From positions 1 to 64,000 of the IMG/VR virus record IMGVR_UViG_3300025324_000011: 64,000 bases of DNA; one strand, written 5' to 3'. The position numbers and the translations under genes are program-made. Origin of the DNA: a virus. Below, in pieces: positions 20,932-31,028 of this stretch; the stretch's first letter is position 1, and each line of letters starts with the position of its first letter. The notes below the pieces were generated by a model. That model saw nothing but the letters and a program-made list of their open reading frames with translations. It searched no databases and had not been told where the DNA came from.

Positions 20932-21288
20932 TCAATGCTTGTGCGCGGCTTTCTTTGAGCATGCGGAGATTCCTGCGCGGTCCTGCGGCGGGTCGCGCTG
21001 AAACAAGTTCTCCCGGCTCTCTTTGGCTTCCAATCGAATGCGCACCACGGCGTCTAGCGCCAAGGCAACCTTGACCATGGAGCCAAGCGTTGCGTTGGTG
21101 CCGTTGAGAAGCTTAGTGATGTATTGGCGCTGCACACCCATGCGACGGGCAAGCTCAGAGTTCTTGATTTTGCGCGCCTGCATTAGGTGTGTCAGCTCGC
21201 GAGCAAAATCGCTAACTGCAATTTCTCTCCAGTAATCCGCACCGGCTTCGGCCTTCAGCATGAGTTCTCTGTAGCGCTGCAAGCTCAT
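20932..21288 (-). CDS. XRE-HTH antitoxin-like regulator (HigA-like)
   Basis: KNSELARRMGVQRQYITKLLNGTNATLGSMVKVALALD. Confidence 0.8.
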   Translation of the reverse strand: MSLQRYRELMLKAEAGADYWREIAVSDFARELTHLMQARKIKNSELARRMGVQRQYITKLLNGTNATLGSMVKVALALDAVVRIRLEAKESRENLFQRDPPQDRAGISACSKKAAHKH

Positions 21289-21407
21289 GAAACCTCCAAG
21301 TCAATAATCGTAATGGCGTCTTGTTCCTTTTTCTGAAAGTACAGGCGCCTCACTTCTACAGCCTCATCTAGCACTTTCTGAGGCGTTTGATCGGTCTTGA
21401 GAAAGCC
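21285..21407 (-). pseudogene. C-terminal remnant of HigB/Gp49-like RelE toxin
   Basis: GFLKTDQTPQKVLDEAVEVRRLY..., ATGA overlap with the antitoxin, no N-terminus. Confidence 0.55.
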
Positions 21408-21713
21408 AGACAGCTTAAATCCTGCGCGAAATGCGCTCGTTGTTCATCGCCATTCTTCAGGCGCACCTTAATCCAGATTACATCTCGCGGGGCCGTCGCG
21501 ATGGGTTGCCAATCGCTCATTTCCTGTTCCATTTTTTTCCGTGCCGCAATCGATGATATCTGGCACGATAGGCAATCGAATAGGCGTCATTTATCTCTAG
21601 AGCAAAGATATTTACAGCACCACGGCGAATATCATCCTCAGCTTCGGCTTCAGCCATCATCTCGACAAGCCGATGATCAACGGCGATAGCATCAATTCCA
21701 AGAAACTCTCCGC

Positions 21714-23114
21714 TCATTTCTTTCTCGATTGTTTTGGCATACGGTTCTTCTCGATGAACCGATAGAGTTCTATTTCGTGACCAGCCGGAATGCCGGCGAG
21801 ATCGCTTGACCCGCTGAGTCGCGCTGCCTCATCAAGAAGGAGCTTAAGCATGACGCCACCACCAGCCGCCTTCGCATGCTCAGCGAGCCGCCTCGCCTTC
21901 TCGGAGCCTAGCAATGGCAATGTAGCTTCTCGCGCCGCTTCCATGCTTGCCCGTGGCTCGATTTCTTGGGCTGGCGCGACCTCTGGCTCAGGTGGAGCGG
22001 CGATCGCCTCTTCCTGGGGCTCTGGTGCGGTTTGTTTTGGCGGCTCTTCGACAACTTGCCAGCTTATTGGATCGATTTCAGCTCGGCTTTCATGGCGAAC
22101 AGACTCCAGAAACTCCGTATCGGTCGCGGCCGGCAGAGCAAGCTGCTTTTCGGGCGCACTCAACAGAAGCTTATGCGACTCTCTTTGAGAGAGCAACCAC
22201 GCGACAAGATCGCCATCCGGTGAGAAGTTGACCACGGGATAGCGACGCCCATGCGGAGAAGACGCATCGGCCGCCTTCGTCTTTTCGCCGATGGTCATCA
22301 CGAACGGCATTCCGATCAAGCTCACATTTTCGATCCCAAGTCCCGCCGCAAGTCCTATTTTCCATTGTGCGCGCTCTTCGGCTGAGCTGTACTCTTGCTC
22401 CTCCTCGGTCAGAATCGCCTCCGTACCGAGGACTTGTTCGAGGAGCCCCATAAGACGGCTCGCGCTGTCCCATCCGCGGGTTGTCCATTCCGCAATCAAG
22501 GCGGGAAACTGAGCCTGCCATGGATCGTCCGCTTGCCATCGCAGCATGAAAATGAGATGAGCCGAAACCTTACAGGCGCCAGCAATTTGAAACGGGCATT
22601 CCCTGTTTGGGCATGGAATGGGCTCGAATTGCTCAACGCCGTTTTCTTCTTTCGTGAATCTAAGAGCGCGGATTCCATTACCCTCGCAGGCCGGTTTCCA
22701 CGATTTCGGATTTGGATGTCCCTCTGGCAATTTCTGAGCCGCTAGATGCCAGAGTGCCGAGTCTTGCCAACGCGCATGCACGAGATTTCCGCGCAGCGAA
22801 CCCACTCTACCGGGTCCTCGCCGCGGCACGTCTTTCCCGAGAGACTTTGCTTCCTCATTCCAAGCAACGAATGACGGATGCAGGCTGCGCGCAAGGCTTG
22901 TGTAGGTTCCCCTGCCTGATTTGAAAGACTCAGAATGCGCCTGTTGCGTCATCAGCCAGAACCTGCCGCCAAATCCAGGGGCGCCGCTTTCCCCCTTGAT
23001 CTTCGTGGAAATGTGAACTCCAATCGGCGGCTTTGGCCGAAGTCCAGCGACGCCCGTAGGCAAATCGAGCTTCACGGCGCTACCTCCGGAGCCCTTTTCC
23101 AGCAACGCGTGCAC
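21714..23114 (-). CDS. Gp3-like recombination protein
   Basis: CEGNG..PCPNRECP..CK..LIFML..TTRGWDS pattern; near the PD-(D/E)XK nuclease. Confidence 0.55.
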   Translation of the reverse strand: MHALLEKGSGGSAVKLDLPTGVAGLRPKPPIGVHISTKIKGESGAPGFGGRFWLMTQQAHSESFKSGRGTYTSLARSLHPSFVAWNEEAKSLGKDVPRRGPGRVGSLRGNLVHARWQDSALWHLAAQKLPEGHPNPKSWKPACEGNGIRALRFTKEENGVEQFEPIPCPNRECPFQIAGACKVSAHLIFMLRWQADDPWQAQFPALIAEWTTRGWDSASRLMGLLEQVLGTEAILTEEEQEYSSAEERAQWKIGLAAGLGIENVSLIGMPFVMTIGEKTKAADASSPHGRRYPVVNFSPDGDLVAWLLSQRESHKLLLSAPEKQLALPAATDTEFLESVRHESRAEIDPISWQVVEEPPKQTAPEPQEEAIAAPPEPEVAPAQEIEPRASMEAAREATLPLLGSEKARRLAEHAKAAGGGVMLKLLLDEAARLSGSSDLAGIPAGHEIELYRFIEKNRMPKQSRKK

Positions 23115-23303
23115 GTCCCGCTATCAGGTCTCGCGCCGCGTGCTTGGTTGCTTTCCCATTGCGGATGACCCCAAGCCATCCATCCACCGCAAAGCGAACG
23201 GCCGTTTCGGAAATAGTGAGCCTTGGCGGTGTCCGCGAGGCTTCCCCACCCCTCGGTTCGGTTGTCGTTGTCTGTCATGGAGACCTCCTCCAATAAAAAT
23301 AAA

Positions 23304-23957
23304 TTATAGCATGACGCATGCATCTCCGGCGACAAGGAACAAGCAGGACTCGCGCCCCTTGAGTCGCGGAGTTGCACCTGATTTGACTGTTTTCTTGATG
23401 TTCTCGAGATCCTCTGGACATCGCCATTTTAGGGCGCCGATCAGGGCTTCCCTGAGATCTGGCTTGATGGCTTCCTCTACCAAATCAGCCACTTCTGAGG
23501 CGAGCGCCATCTTCAGTTTCTTGACCGCCTCATCCGGCGCTTTCTTTAGAATAACTTCGTGCCACGCATCAAACGAAGCGCTGACGAAAAATGGGATCGA
23601 CGGATCTTCGCGCAGAGCATCGCAAAGTCTTGAGTAAAACTCTCGCAATTGCCGCACGGGAGCCGCCAAGAGCGGAAGCAGGTGCTCTTCTGCCTCGAAT
23701 TCGCAGCGGTCAATTTCATCCTTGGAATGAGCTACAGCAAGTCCGCGGATAATCGGAATCCATTTCGCGACGACAGCATCTATATCCATTATAGTTCTTT
23801 TCCTGTGACTTGGGTTATCGATCGCATAGCCGATCCATGATTGGATAGTTCTGTATGTCCATCGTTTGGCGAGACCATCTGGCGCGATCTGCATTCGTTT
23901 CGCAAGCTGGACTATTTCCCAGATCGCCAAGGAAGCTTCGCGCACGCCAAGGCTCAA
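23304..23957 (-). CDS. hypothetical protein (true start may be downstream, MDIDAV)
   Basis: Long ORF within the operon. Confidence 0.5.
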   Translation of the reverse strand: MSLGVREASLAIWEIVQLAKRMQIAPDGLAKRWTYRTIQSWIGYAIDNPSHRKRTIMDIDAVVAKWIPIIRGLAVAHSKDEIDRCEFEAEEHLLPLLAAPVRQLREFYSRLCDALREDPSIPFFVSASFDAWHEVILKKAPDEAVKKLKMALASEVADLVEEAIKPDLREALIGALKWRCPEDLENIKKTVKSGATPRLKGRESCLFLVAGDACVML

Positions 23958-25234
23958 AGCGATTCCTCCGCTGAATCCTCTCCATCGCTCCGATGAATTC
24001 CGAATTTCTGGACAATCTTGATACCGCTGATCTCTTCGAGAATTCTCTCGCGGCGTTCGATCTGATCTTTATCCTTCTTGTAGAAGTGCTTCAGGAATTT
24101 CTCCGCATTGGAGCGGAGTAGTCCGACAATCTTGAACAATCCGGGTAATTGAGCCTGAGCTGTCTCTAGGTCCGGCGCCTTTGTACGATCGATCCAGATT
24201 TGCGCCAGTCGCTCAGCGGCGTTGTCCTTGAGCGTTGTTTGTTCCTTGGCGATTGATCCGATCATCATGCCGTCAAGCATGATCGGGGATTCTGCGGTTG
24301 CGATCCTCAGCGGCCTCTCCAGTGATTTCGCCGCCGCCATGACAACGGAATAGGTTCGAGCAAGCTCGTCTCGTGTCGTCATGTCGTAGGAGCTTCCCAG
24401 GTAGTCTTTCGCTGGATCGCAAGCATGCAAGTAGGGACACCCGAAACACCGAGGCCCAGGAGAGGCTGGCCGCAATCCATCGGGTCCCTTCTGTTTTTCG
24501 CGAGCCTCTACCTCAGAGATTATATCGCGTTTCCATTGCTCCAGGACGGCGGCGCCCTCCGGCGTGTTAGGGAGAATCGTCAATTCGTACTCCCGCTGCA
24601 ATCGAAAGTTCACCACCACCAAACGCAGCACCTCATGCCCCTTGCCCCAGAGAATCCAAGAAAGGACCGCCTGGATCTTCCGTTGAATCGAGCGCAATTC
24701 GGGCTCGCGCGCCGACCATGCGCTTTTATAATCCTTTACTAGGAGCACGGGGCCGCCTGCATCACCATCTTCCTCATCCCACCACGCGGGCTCGCGCGTA
24801 CCTACGGCATCAACGAGAGCCCGGAGCCATGCCCCGCGACCATACGGACACGGAATCCAATCGCAATTGACCGCAATACCTATCTCGTATTTGAGATCGT
24901 AGGCCAGGGGTTTGGCGGATTGATAGGATAGGGCGAGGTCGCGTCCCTGCCAGACGAGATCCGAGGGAAGCGGCGGCTCCATTTCGCCGAGATAGTTGCG
25001 GCCATCGCGGATCAATCCCTCGCAGGTGCGCTGCGATACTTCCTCAACTTCCTCGGGCTCCAAGTAGCGCTTTCGTTCGGCGGACGCCTTGCCCAAATCC
25101 TCCAAAACGGCATGCGCGCTCACGCCGACCGCGAATATCTCCCGATCGTAGGGGACTTTCGCCTCCATATGGTCAAGCGCCCGCGGACAATTGCGCTCGG
25201 CGAGACGGAGAGAGGTTGAGGACCAGCCGCTCAT
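23954..25234 (-). CDS. PD-(D/E)XK RecB/Cas4-like exonuclease
   Basis: S.TSL...CPR, G..AH, VDAV..VKDYKS, CFGCPYLHAC (four-Cys Fe-S pattern). Confidence 0.8.
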   Translation of the reverse strand: MSGWSSTSLRLAERNCPRALDHMEAKVPYDREIFAVGVSAHAVLEDLGKASAERKRYLEPEEVEEVSQRTCEGLIRDGRNYLGEMEPPLPSDLVWQGRDLALSYQSAKPLAYDLKYEIGIAVNCDWIPCPYGRGAWLRALVDAVGTREPAWWDEEDGDAGGPVLLVKDYKSAWSAREPELRSIQRKIQAVLSWILWGKGHEVLRLVVVNFRLQREYELTILPNTPEGAAVLEQWKRDIISEVEAREKQKGPDGLRPASPGPRCFGCPYLHACDPAKDYLGSSYDMTTRDELARTYSVVMAAAKSLERPLRIATAESPIMLDGMMIGSIAKEQTTLKDNAAERLAQIWIDRTKAPDLETAQAQLPGLFKIVGLLRSNAEKFLKHFYKKDKDQIERRERILEEISGIKIVQKFGIHRSDGEDSAEESL

Positions 25235-25441
25235 TACTTGGGCGCGCTTTCTGTTTCGCTGATTATGCCTTCGGCGACGAGGACATCCTGAAGATCATGC
25301 TGTATTTTTTCAAGCTCGGATCTTCGGCCGTCATCGAAAATGAGAGTACAGCAACGGCCCGCACAGTGCGGCCGATGCAATCGCGGAAACAGTCCCTGGT
25401 GTTGCTTGCCGTTATTATCATTTCGATCCCACTTTGTATCA

Positions 25442-26134
25442 TTAAGAATGGTAGTCCACCGTAACAACTATCCAGTTTTCTGTCGGCGTCATGGCCTGAA
25501 CGTACTCCGGGGCCATGACGTCCAACGTCTTGAGATAGTCGTTCAGTGCGGCTCCGAAGGTTCCGTCCCAGCTTATTGGCATATAATTGTATCCATTCCA
25601 AACCGATTCGCTGAGCATGAATTTAGGCTCCAGTGCTCCACCCCACTCGTTTTCCGTAAACCCATGTCCAGCGAAAATTACACGTGCGCACTTCAACGTT
25701 CTCGGTGTATCTGCAATGGTCGCGATGTCACCGGAAAGAAACTCGCGGTATTGGTCATTGGAATGCCTGAAGATCGGGCACGGTCCTGCGGCTTCTGGAA
25801 ACATCTCGGTCCATTTATCATCCACCATCGGGATTTGTTTGGCTGGCGACAACTCTTCCTTACCCATATTGAGCGCATAGACGGTTATGCCTTCGTTGCG
25901 AAGCCATTCGTAGAAGGCATCAATCCGATCTTTTCCTAGTCGCTCCATCAATTTGGCACCGGCCCAACGACCGCCGATGACATACCAATCCCAGAAGGCA
26001 ATTCCGCGTGAGTCTTCATCGTCTCTGTTCTCATCGAATGGACTCATGACGGCACTCACGGCGGCGGTAATGTATTCTTCGTCAAGTTCCCTGGAATGAA
26101 GTGGCGGTATTACGATCTCGCAGTGGCAGTGCAT
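25442..26134 (-). CDS. hypothetical phage protein
   Basis: WDWYVIGGRWAG...VVTVDYH motif seen in phage hypothetical proteins. Confidence 0.7.
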   Translation of the reverse strand: MHCHCEIVIPPLHSRELDEEYITAAVSAVMSPFDENRDDEDSRGIAFWDWYVIGGRWAGAKLMERLGKDRIDAFYEWLRNEGITVYALNMGKEELSPAKQIPMVDDKWTEMFPEAAGPCPIFRHSNDQYREFLSGDIATIADTPRTLKCARVIFAGHGFTENEWGGALEPKFMLSESVWNGYNYMPISWDGTFGAALNDYLKTLDVMAPEYVQAMTPTENWIVVTVDYHS

Positions 26135-26883
26135 CTGATCTCTCCCTCGCGCATGGTTAGAACTTTCTCATTCCAAACAACAACCACTCGTACCCTCTGC
26201 GCGCATGAGTTCGCGGATTCCAGATTCCCGATTGAAGCACAAAAACCCACCAGACTCCATATCGCTGCCCGAGAAACGCCAACAAATAGGGTGAAAGTCT
26301 TGCAAGCGAACACCCCGGTTCCACCCCTGAGTACCGCGATATGAAAGCTCGGTGCGCGACCAAACGAAACCGATCTCCTTGCCGCCGAGGAAGACTTGAT
26401 AAGCAGTCCTTCCCCAGGATGGCGGATTGATCTTTTTGAGCTTGAGGTTCATACCATTCCCTTGACTCTCTCGCATCCTGCCAGGCACCACCGCCCGAAG
26501 AGGGATATCATCTCCCCGATTCCCGTTGCCAGCGGTAGCCGATTTGTTAGCGCAGCGACTGGCAATCAACTGCGGTTTTGTCGACTTCAAATAACGACGG
26601 CAACCGGCAGGATGTCAAAGAGCCAAGAAATGCCCGCGACCTAGTCTCGGTGGTCGCCGCGCGGATCAAGCTGTCCCTCGGTGCCGAAGAAATCCTCATT
26701 GAGCAGATTGTCAAGCAGCACGTTCAGCTCTTCGGCATAAATTTGAGAAAAGCCATCCTTATCCTTCTTCTTCTCTGCGTCGGACTGTTCTGCCATCGCG
26801 CGAAGAACTCTGGATACTGTTGTTTTTGTTACTTTCCGATACTTTGGCATTAGTTCCTCCGGTTCCAGTCGCCAACGTTATTT

Positions 26884-27130
26884 TTTGAAAGCATCCCAGA
26901 GAGGACGGCTAGCGCAGCTTTTCCGGTGGGGCTTTGGCTTGCGCCCACTGCGGAGAGCAATCCCGCAATCTCTGAGAGAATTGCGGCGAAGCTAAGCGCT
27001 TCCATTTAAGACAGTCCGCTAGCGACTCTTTCCGTACCTCCCCGAGCGGCCAGCTCAGGGGGCCTAGATCCCGCTCTGCGCCCGGAACCGGCGAAGACGA
27101 ACCGCCCTCACTGCGACGCTTTCAAAGATC
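26884..27130 (-). ncRNA. putative structured RNA 2 (boxA-like start, ~27 bp closing stem)
   Basis: ORF-free region; 27126-27100 pairs with 26910-26884 using three G-U pairs only on the minus strand; internal hairpins. Confidence 0.6.
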
Positions 27131-27146
27131 GACAAATTACTTTTCC

Positions 27147-27369
27147 AGTTCGGCGCTCACGGTGTGCGCGCTCAAAGTCTCCCCCCTCGGTCCGGCGACT
27201 CTGCGGAAGGCCGCCTCGCCTTCGGGGGTTGAGAGAGCAAGGAGCGTATTCCCCTACCCGCCACGAGCCGCAGATTCCACCACTCGCAGCCTCTCGGGGC
27301 TTTTTCGCGTCGCCGTCGCCGTTGACGCGCGCACCGTCAATGCCGAACTCTTCAAGGATTTCAAAGAAC
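27147..27369 (-). ncRNA. putative structured RNA 1 (boxA-like motif then long closing stem)
   Basis: GTTCTTTGAAA at 27369-27359; 27349-27322 pairs with 27175-27147; several inner hairpins. Confidence 0.55.
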
Positions 27370-27391
27370 CGCCTCTCCGTTTCTAGAGGAG

Positions 27392-27420
27392 ACTATACGG
27401 CAAAACTTCAGCTCTGTCAA
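27392..27420 (-). promoter_or_regulatory. leftward sigma70 promoter
   Basis: TTGACA-17-TATAGT. Confidence 0.8.
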
Positions 27421-27478
27421 GTAGCCCCACAGAACAGCGCTATCTAGAGGACGCGCGGCCACCTCGGATCGTGCCAGC

Positions 27479-27507
27479 TTGACATGACGGCATGTCGATG
27501 CTATGGT
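27479..27507 (+). promoter_or_regulatory. rightward sigma70 promoter (probably leaderless mRNA)
   Basis: TTGACA-17-TATGGT with an ATG ~8 nt downstream. Confidence 0.7.
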
Positions 27508-28645
27508 ATGCGGCATGAGCAAGCGAGACGCAACTACCGAACTGGTCGCCTGGTGTTCTTCTGCTCGCACCAGGGCGGCGAGGACCGCCATGAGCTTTGA
27601 TCCCTACTGCGAGACCTGCCGCTCTGCAAGCCCCGCAGCCTCCTACCCTTGTACCCGTCTCCGCGGAATGGTCGCCGCGGTATCCGCCCGGATTATCTCG
27701 GCGGCGGGTCTCGCAGTGGGGATCAAAGCGCCTCTAGCGAGATACCGGAGATGTCATCGTGAGGAAACCCATGGCTGACCGCTCCCTACTACACCTCTCG
27801 CAGTTGCACGACTTCGTGGCATTTGCAAGGGGTCTCGGCTACGTGGAGGAGCCCACCAAGGGGCTTTACGAGGTGCTGCGGCTTCGGCACAGGACGCTAC
27901 CAGTGCTAATCTACCACCGCCGCACCGGGGCAGACCACGCCTCGGCCGAGGGAGATGGTCTTCGGCTCGTCCGGGCATTTTTGCGCAGCAAAAAAGAAAC
28001 CACGGTATGACAATCACGCATGACGCCCTTGTCAAGATTGCCGGCCGGTGGCTCAAAACGACTGTCGGCTGCACGGTTGTCCTGACTGAGCTGGTGACGA
28101 CGGCGCAGGAGGGTGATGCCATCGAAAAACATCTCGGTGATTTATCTCTGGGCAGGGAGGAATAAATGACGGATGAAGAACTCGCCGCGTTACAATCCGA
28201 GGTATGTGCGGCCGAAAGCGTCCATGCGGAGATGCGAGCGAGACTGGATACCGAGCTTCTCCGGCGCGCCCAGGAAGCGTGCCTCCTCAAGGTGGGCGAC
28301 ATCGTCGGTGCATTAAACTACAAACAAAAGCCCGATTATGTTATCACTCGCATCGGCATATCATATGGTAGGGTCGCCGTTTACGGCCGCCGCATCCTCA
28401 AATCTGGAGATCTCGGGAAGGCGGAAAGAAAGATCTGGTGGAAAGTAGAAAAGATTGGATACCGAGGGATTCTCGGTGGCGTGTAGTTTGACGACGCGAC
28501 TTCAACGGGAGCAAACCGCCCAGAATGGGACGGCGGCTCAGGGAGACATAGAGAATGCAATGGTTAGAGCAGCACTCGCTGATCCAATGATCCGCGCACG
28601 CTGGCTTGCAAGACACAGAGCAATGGTAGAGAGGGCGGAGAAATT

Positions 28646-28972
28646 ATGACGGACAAAAACCACGCCGAGGTTGCCGACGAAGAGAGAATCGCCGAGCTCG
28701 CGCTGCGCTACACCGTCGCAATGCATCGAATGCAAACCGGCGTCGCACTGTTGATGAACTTCGATCCGAAACCTACCGAACCGAAGCACCTGCGCGTAGG
28801 CGTCAACAGCGCAATGTCGGATCAGGCGGCGCTTGCAAATCTGTTGATCGCGAAGGGCATCATCTCGCGGCTTGAATATGCCGAAGCTGTTGCAGAATCA
28901 GCCGAGCAAGAGGCGGCACACTACGAAAAGAAAATCAGGGAAATCTACGGCGATAAGATTTCTCTCGGATGA
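28646..28972 (+). CDS. hypothetical phage protein
   Basis: HRMQTGVA..EPKHLRVGVNSAM..AL..LLI.KG.I motif. Confidence 0.65.
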   Translation: MTDKNHAEVADEERIAELALRYTVAMHRMQTGVALLMNFDPKPTEPKHLRVGVNSAMSDQAALANLLIAKGIISRLEYAEAVAESAEQEAAHYEKKIREIYGDKISLG

Positions 28973-29283
28973 GAAAGGCGGAGAAGTTCAAATGAACGAA
29001 CGTCAAGCAGCCTTCCTTGAATCGGCGCGCCTTGCCGCTGGGAAGACTGATAAATGCCAGATCAAGAATGGTCCCCAGAATGGCCGGTTATCGCTGGTTT
29101 CTATTGGTTCTACGGCGAGCGCTTTACTGGCGACCCTAGAGAAATCAGGCTTGTGCAGGTCCGTCACTATGGAACTAGCACTCCGTTTTATATCACAGAG
29201 GGTGGATTTCTAAGTCGATCGGAAGCCGCTGGCCTTTGGATGATCGCCTCGCTTCCATCGCCGCCCGCAGAGGGAAGAATAAC

Positions 29284-29487
29284 GTGAACAATGAATCCAC
29301 ATTGCGGATGAAGCGCAAGGAAATGAATCTCTCAATCGAGGATATGGCCCATCTCCTCGGATGCTCGCCGGGGCATGTCTCCCGATTGGAACGCCGCAAG
29401 GCTGGCGCTCAATCTCCAGAGAACATCATGCGCCTTTCCAAGCGTTACGGCCTGTCAATCGAGCAGGTGGTAAGGAGTCTGTCATGA
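29284..29487 (+). CDS. XRE/Cro-like HTH regulator
   Basis: LRMKRKEMNLSIEDMAHLLGCSPGHVSRLER. Confidence 0.85.
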   Translation: MNNESTLRMKRKEMNLSIEDMAHLLGCSPGHVSRLERRKAGAQSPENIMRLSKRYGLSIEQVVRSLS

Positions 29488-30024
29488 TGACGTTTCATGA
29501 GTCGATGAACATGGAAGGCGAGATCGATCGGCATCTCTCGAAGCTCAACAAGTTTCTAATGTCAACACAGGAGGAACGAGATGGAGGTCAATGCCCGGTC
29601 TTTGATGGAGGCGACGCTTTTCGAGATCGCCTGCCGAGTAGTTCACTGCGTGACCACTCGCGAGGCGGCCATGAATTCGATTCCGACGACCTACGGCGTC
29701 ACCCGCCGTAGGTGGGGTGACCTCAGCGTGACGGAGCAATACGAGATTGCGAGGTCGGTGCAATCCGCGCTCGAAGGTACGGCGACAGACGATCTCCTGA
29801 GCACCGTCGTTCTTGCTGTCTTCGATCGGGAGAAAACCGATGTCTGATCTTTACAAAGTAGTGCTCTGGGGTGGCCGCCAGATGCTTTGTTGCAGGGAAT
29901 GCGGCCAATGCTTCGGCGCTCTCCATTGGGGTGGCGGTGGAAACAAGCCGAAATGTTCTCTCTGGGGATCTGAAGCGGTCCCTGATTCTGCCTTTGATCG
30001 ATTAGAGAAAAGAGAATCAAGCAA

Positions 30025-31005
30025 ATGAACCGCGAGGACGCCATTCTCTTGATTGAAAGGGCATCGAGCCCGTTGGAACTTTTCCCTAATCGGGAGTTGG
30101 CGCAGAAACTTTACCATCGGTTGGCAAGGCTCTGTCATCCAGATGTCGCAGGTCGCGGTGGACGTGCCGAAGCCGCATTCATCAAGGCGAGCAAACTATG
30201 GGCGCAGTATAACGATAACGGCAACAAATCATCCATGAACGCTATCGCTGAATGGGAGATCGTTCGTCCGCTCGCTCGCGGAGGAATTGCCGATTTGTTT
30301 TGCGTCTGTAAAAACGAAATAAGCGGTCTCTTGAAAATAGCGCGACGGCCAGAAGACAATGATCTGCTGGTCAAGGAAGAGGAGCACCTAGGACTACTGC
30401 GCGCAGATTCACGTTGCGGATCGTTTGCTCGTTTTCTTCCCGTCGTGCTTGATGTTTTCGAGGCATCTAACCGCCGCGCCCTAGTCTTTGCTTTCGCGCC
30501 TGATCTGCTGTCGTTGAATGCGATTAAGGCGCAGTTGCCAAGGGCAGTTCCATTCCATCATATTATATGGATGGTCAATCGGGCGCTAGAAATACTCGGA
30601 TACGCCCATCAAATCGGGATTATTCACGGAGGCATTCTGCCGCATCATCTGCTATATCGCTTGGCGGATCATGGTTTAGTGTTGATCGATTGGTCATGTT
30701 CCGTGCGATTCCCTGGCGATCAACACATACCGCTATTGGTGAAGCGATGGATTGAACACTATCCGAAAGAGGTGAAGAATCGCGACGCCTATATTGCCAC
30801 GGATCTCTACATGACAATGAGGTCAGCGCAATGGGCCGCCGACCGCATTCCCAGTCGATTCCGCGCGTTATTCGATTGGTGTCTCGCAGAATCACCGGCG
30901 GCTAGACCACATGACGCATGGGAGCTTCAAGACCGCTGGCGAAAGCTTGCGGAAGAAGAATACGGTAAACCAACTTTCATGCATCTGAATATCCCGATGC
31001 ATTAG
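30025..31005 (+). CDS. J-domain (HPD) fused to Ser/Thr kinase-like domain
   Basis: YHRLARLCHPD; LARGGIADLF, LLKIA, HGGILPHHL, LIDWS. Confidence 0.8.
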   Translation: MNREDAILLIERASSPLELFPNRELAQKLYHRLARLCHPDVAGRGGRAEAAFIKASKLWAQYNDNGNKSSMNAIAEWEIVRPLARGGIADLFCVCKNEISGLLKIARRPEDNDLLVKEEEHLGLLRADSRCGSFARFLPVVLDVFEASNRRALVFAFAPDLLSLNAIKAQLPRAVPFHHIIWMVNRALEILGYAHQIGIIHGGILPHHLLYRLADHGLVLIDWSCSVRFPGDQHIPLLVKRWIEHYPKEVKNRDAYIATDLYMTMRSAQWAADRIPSRFRALFDWCLAESPAARPHDAWELQDRWRKLAEEEYGKPTFMHLNIPMH

Positions 31006-31028
31006 TTTCCACGAAAGGAGAACGAAAC

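Noticed and set aside
23954-25234. Cas4 / CRISPR system
   Set aside because: No repeat-spacer array or other cas gene; context fits phage recombination.
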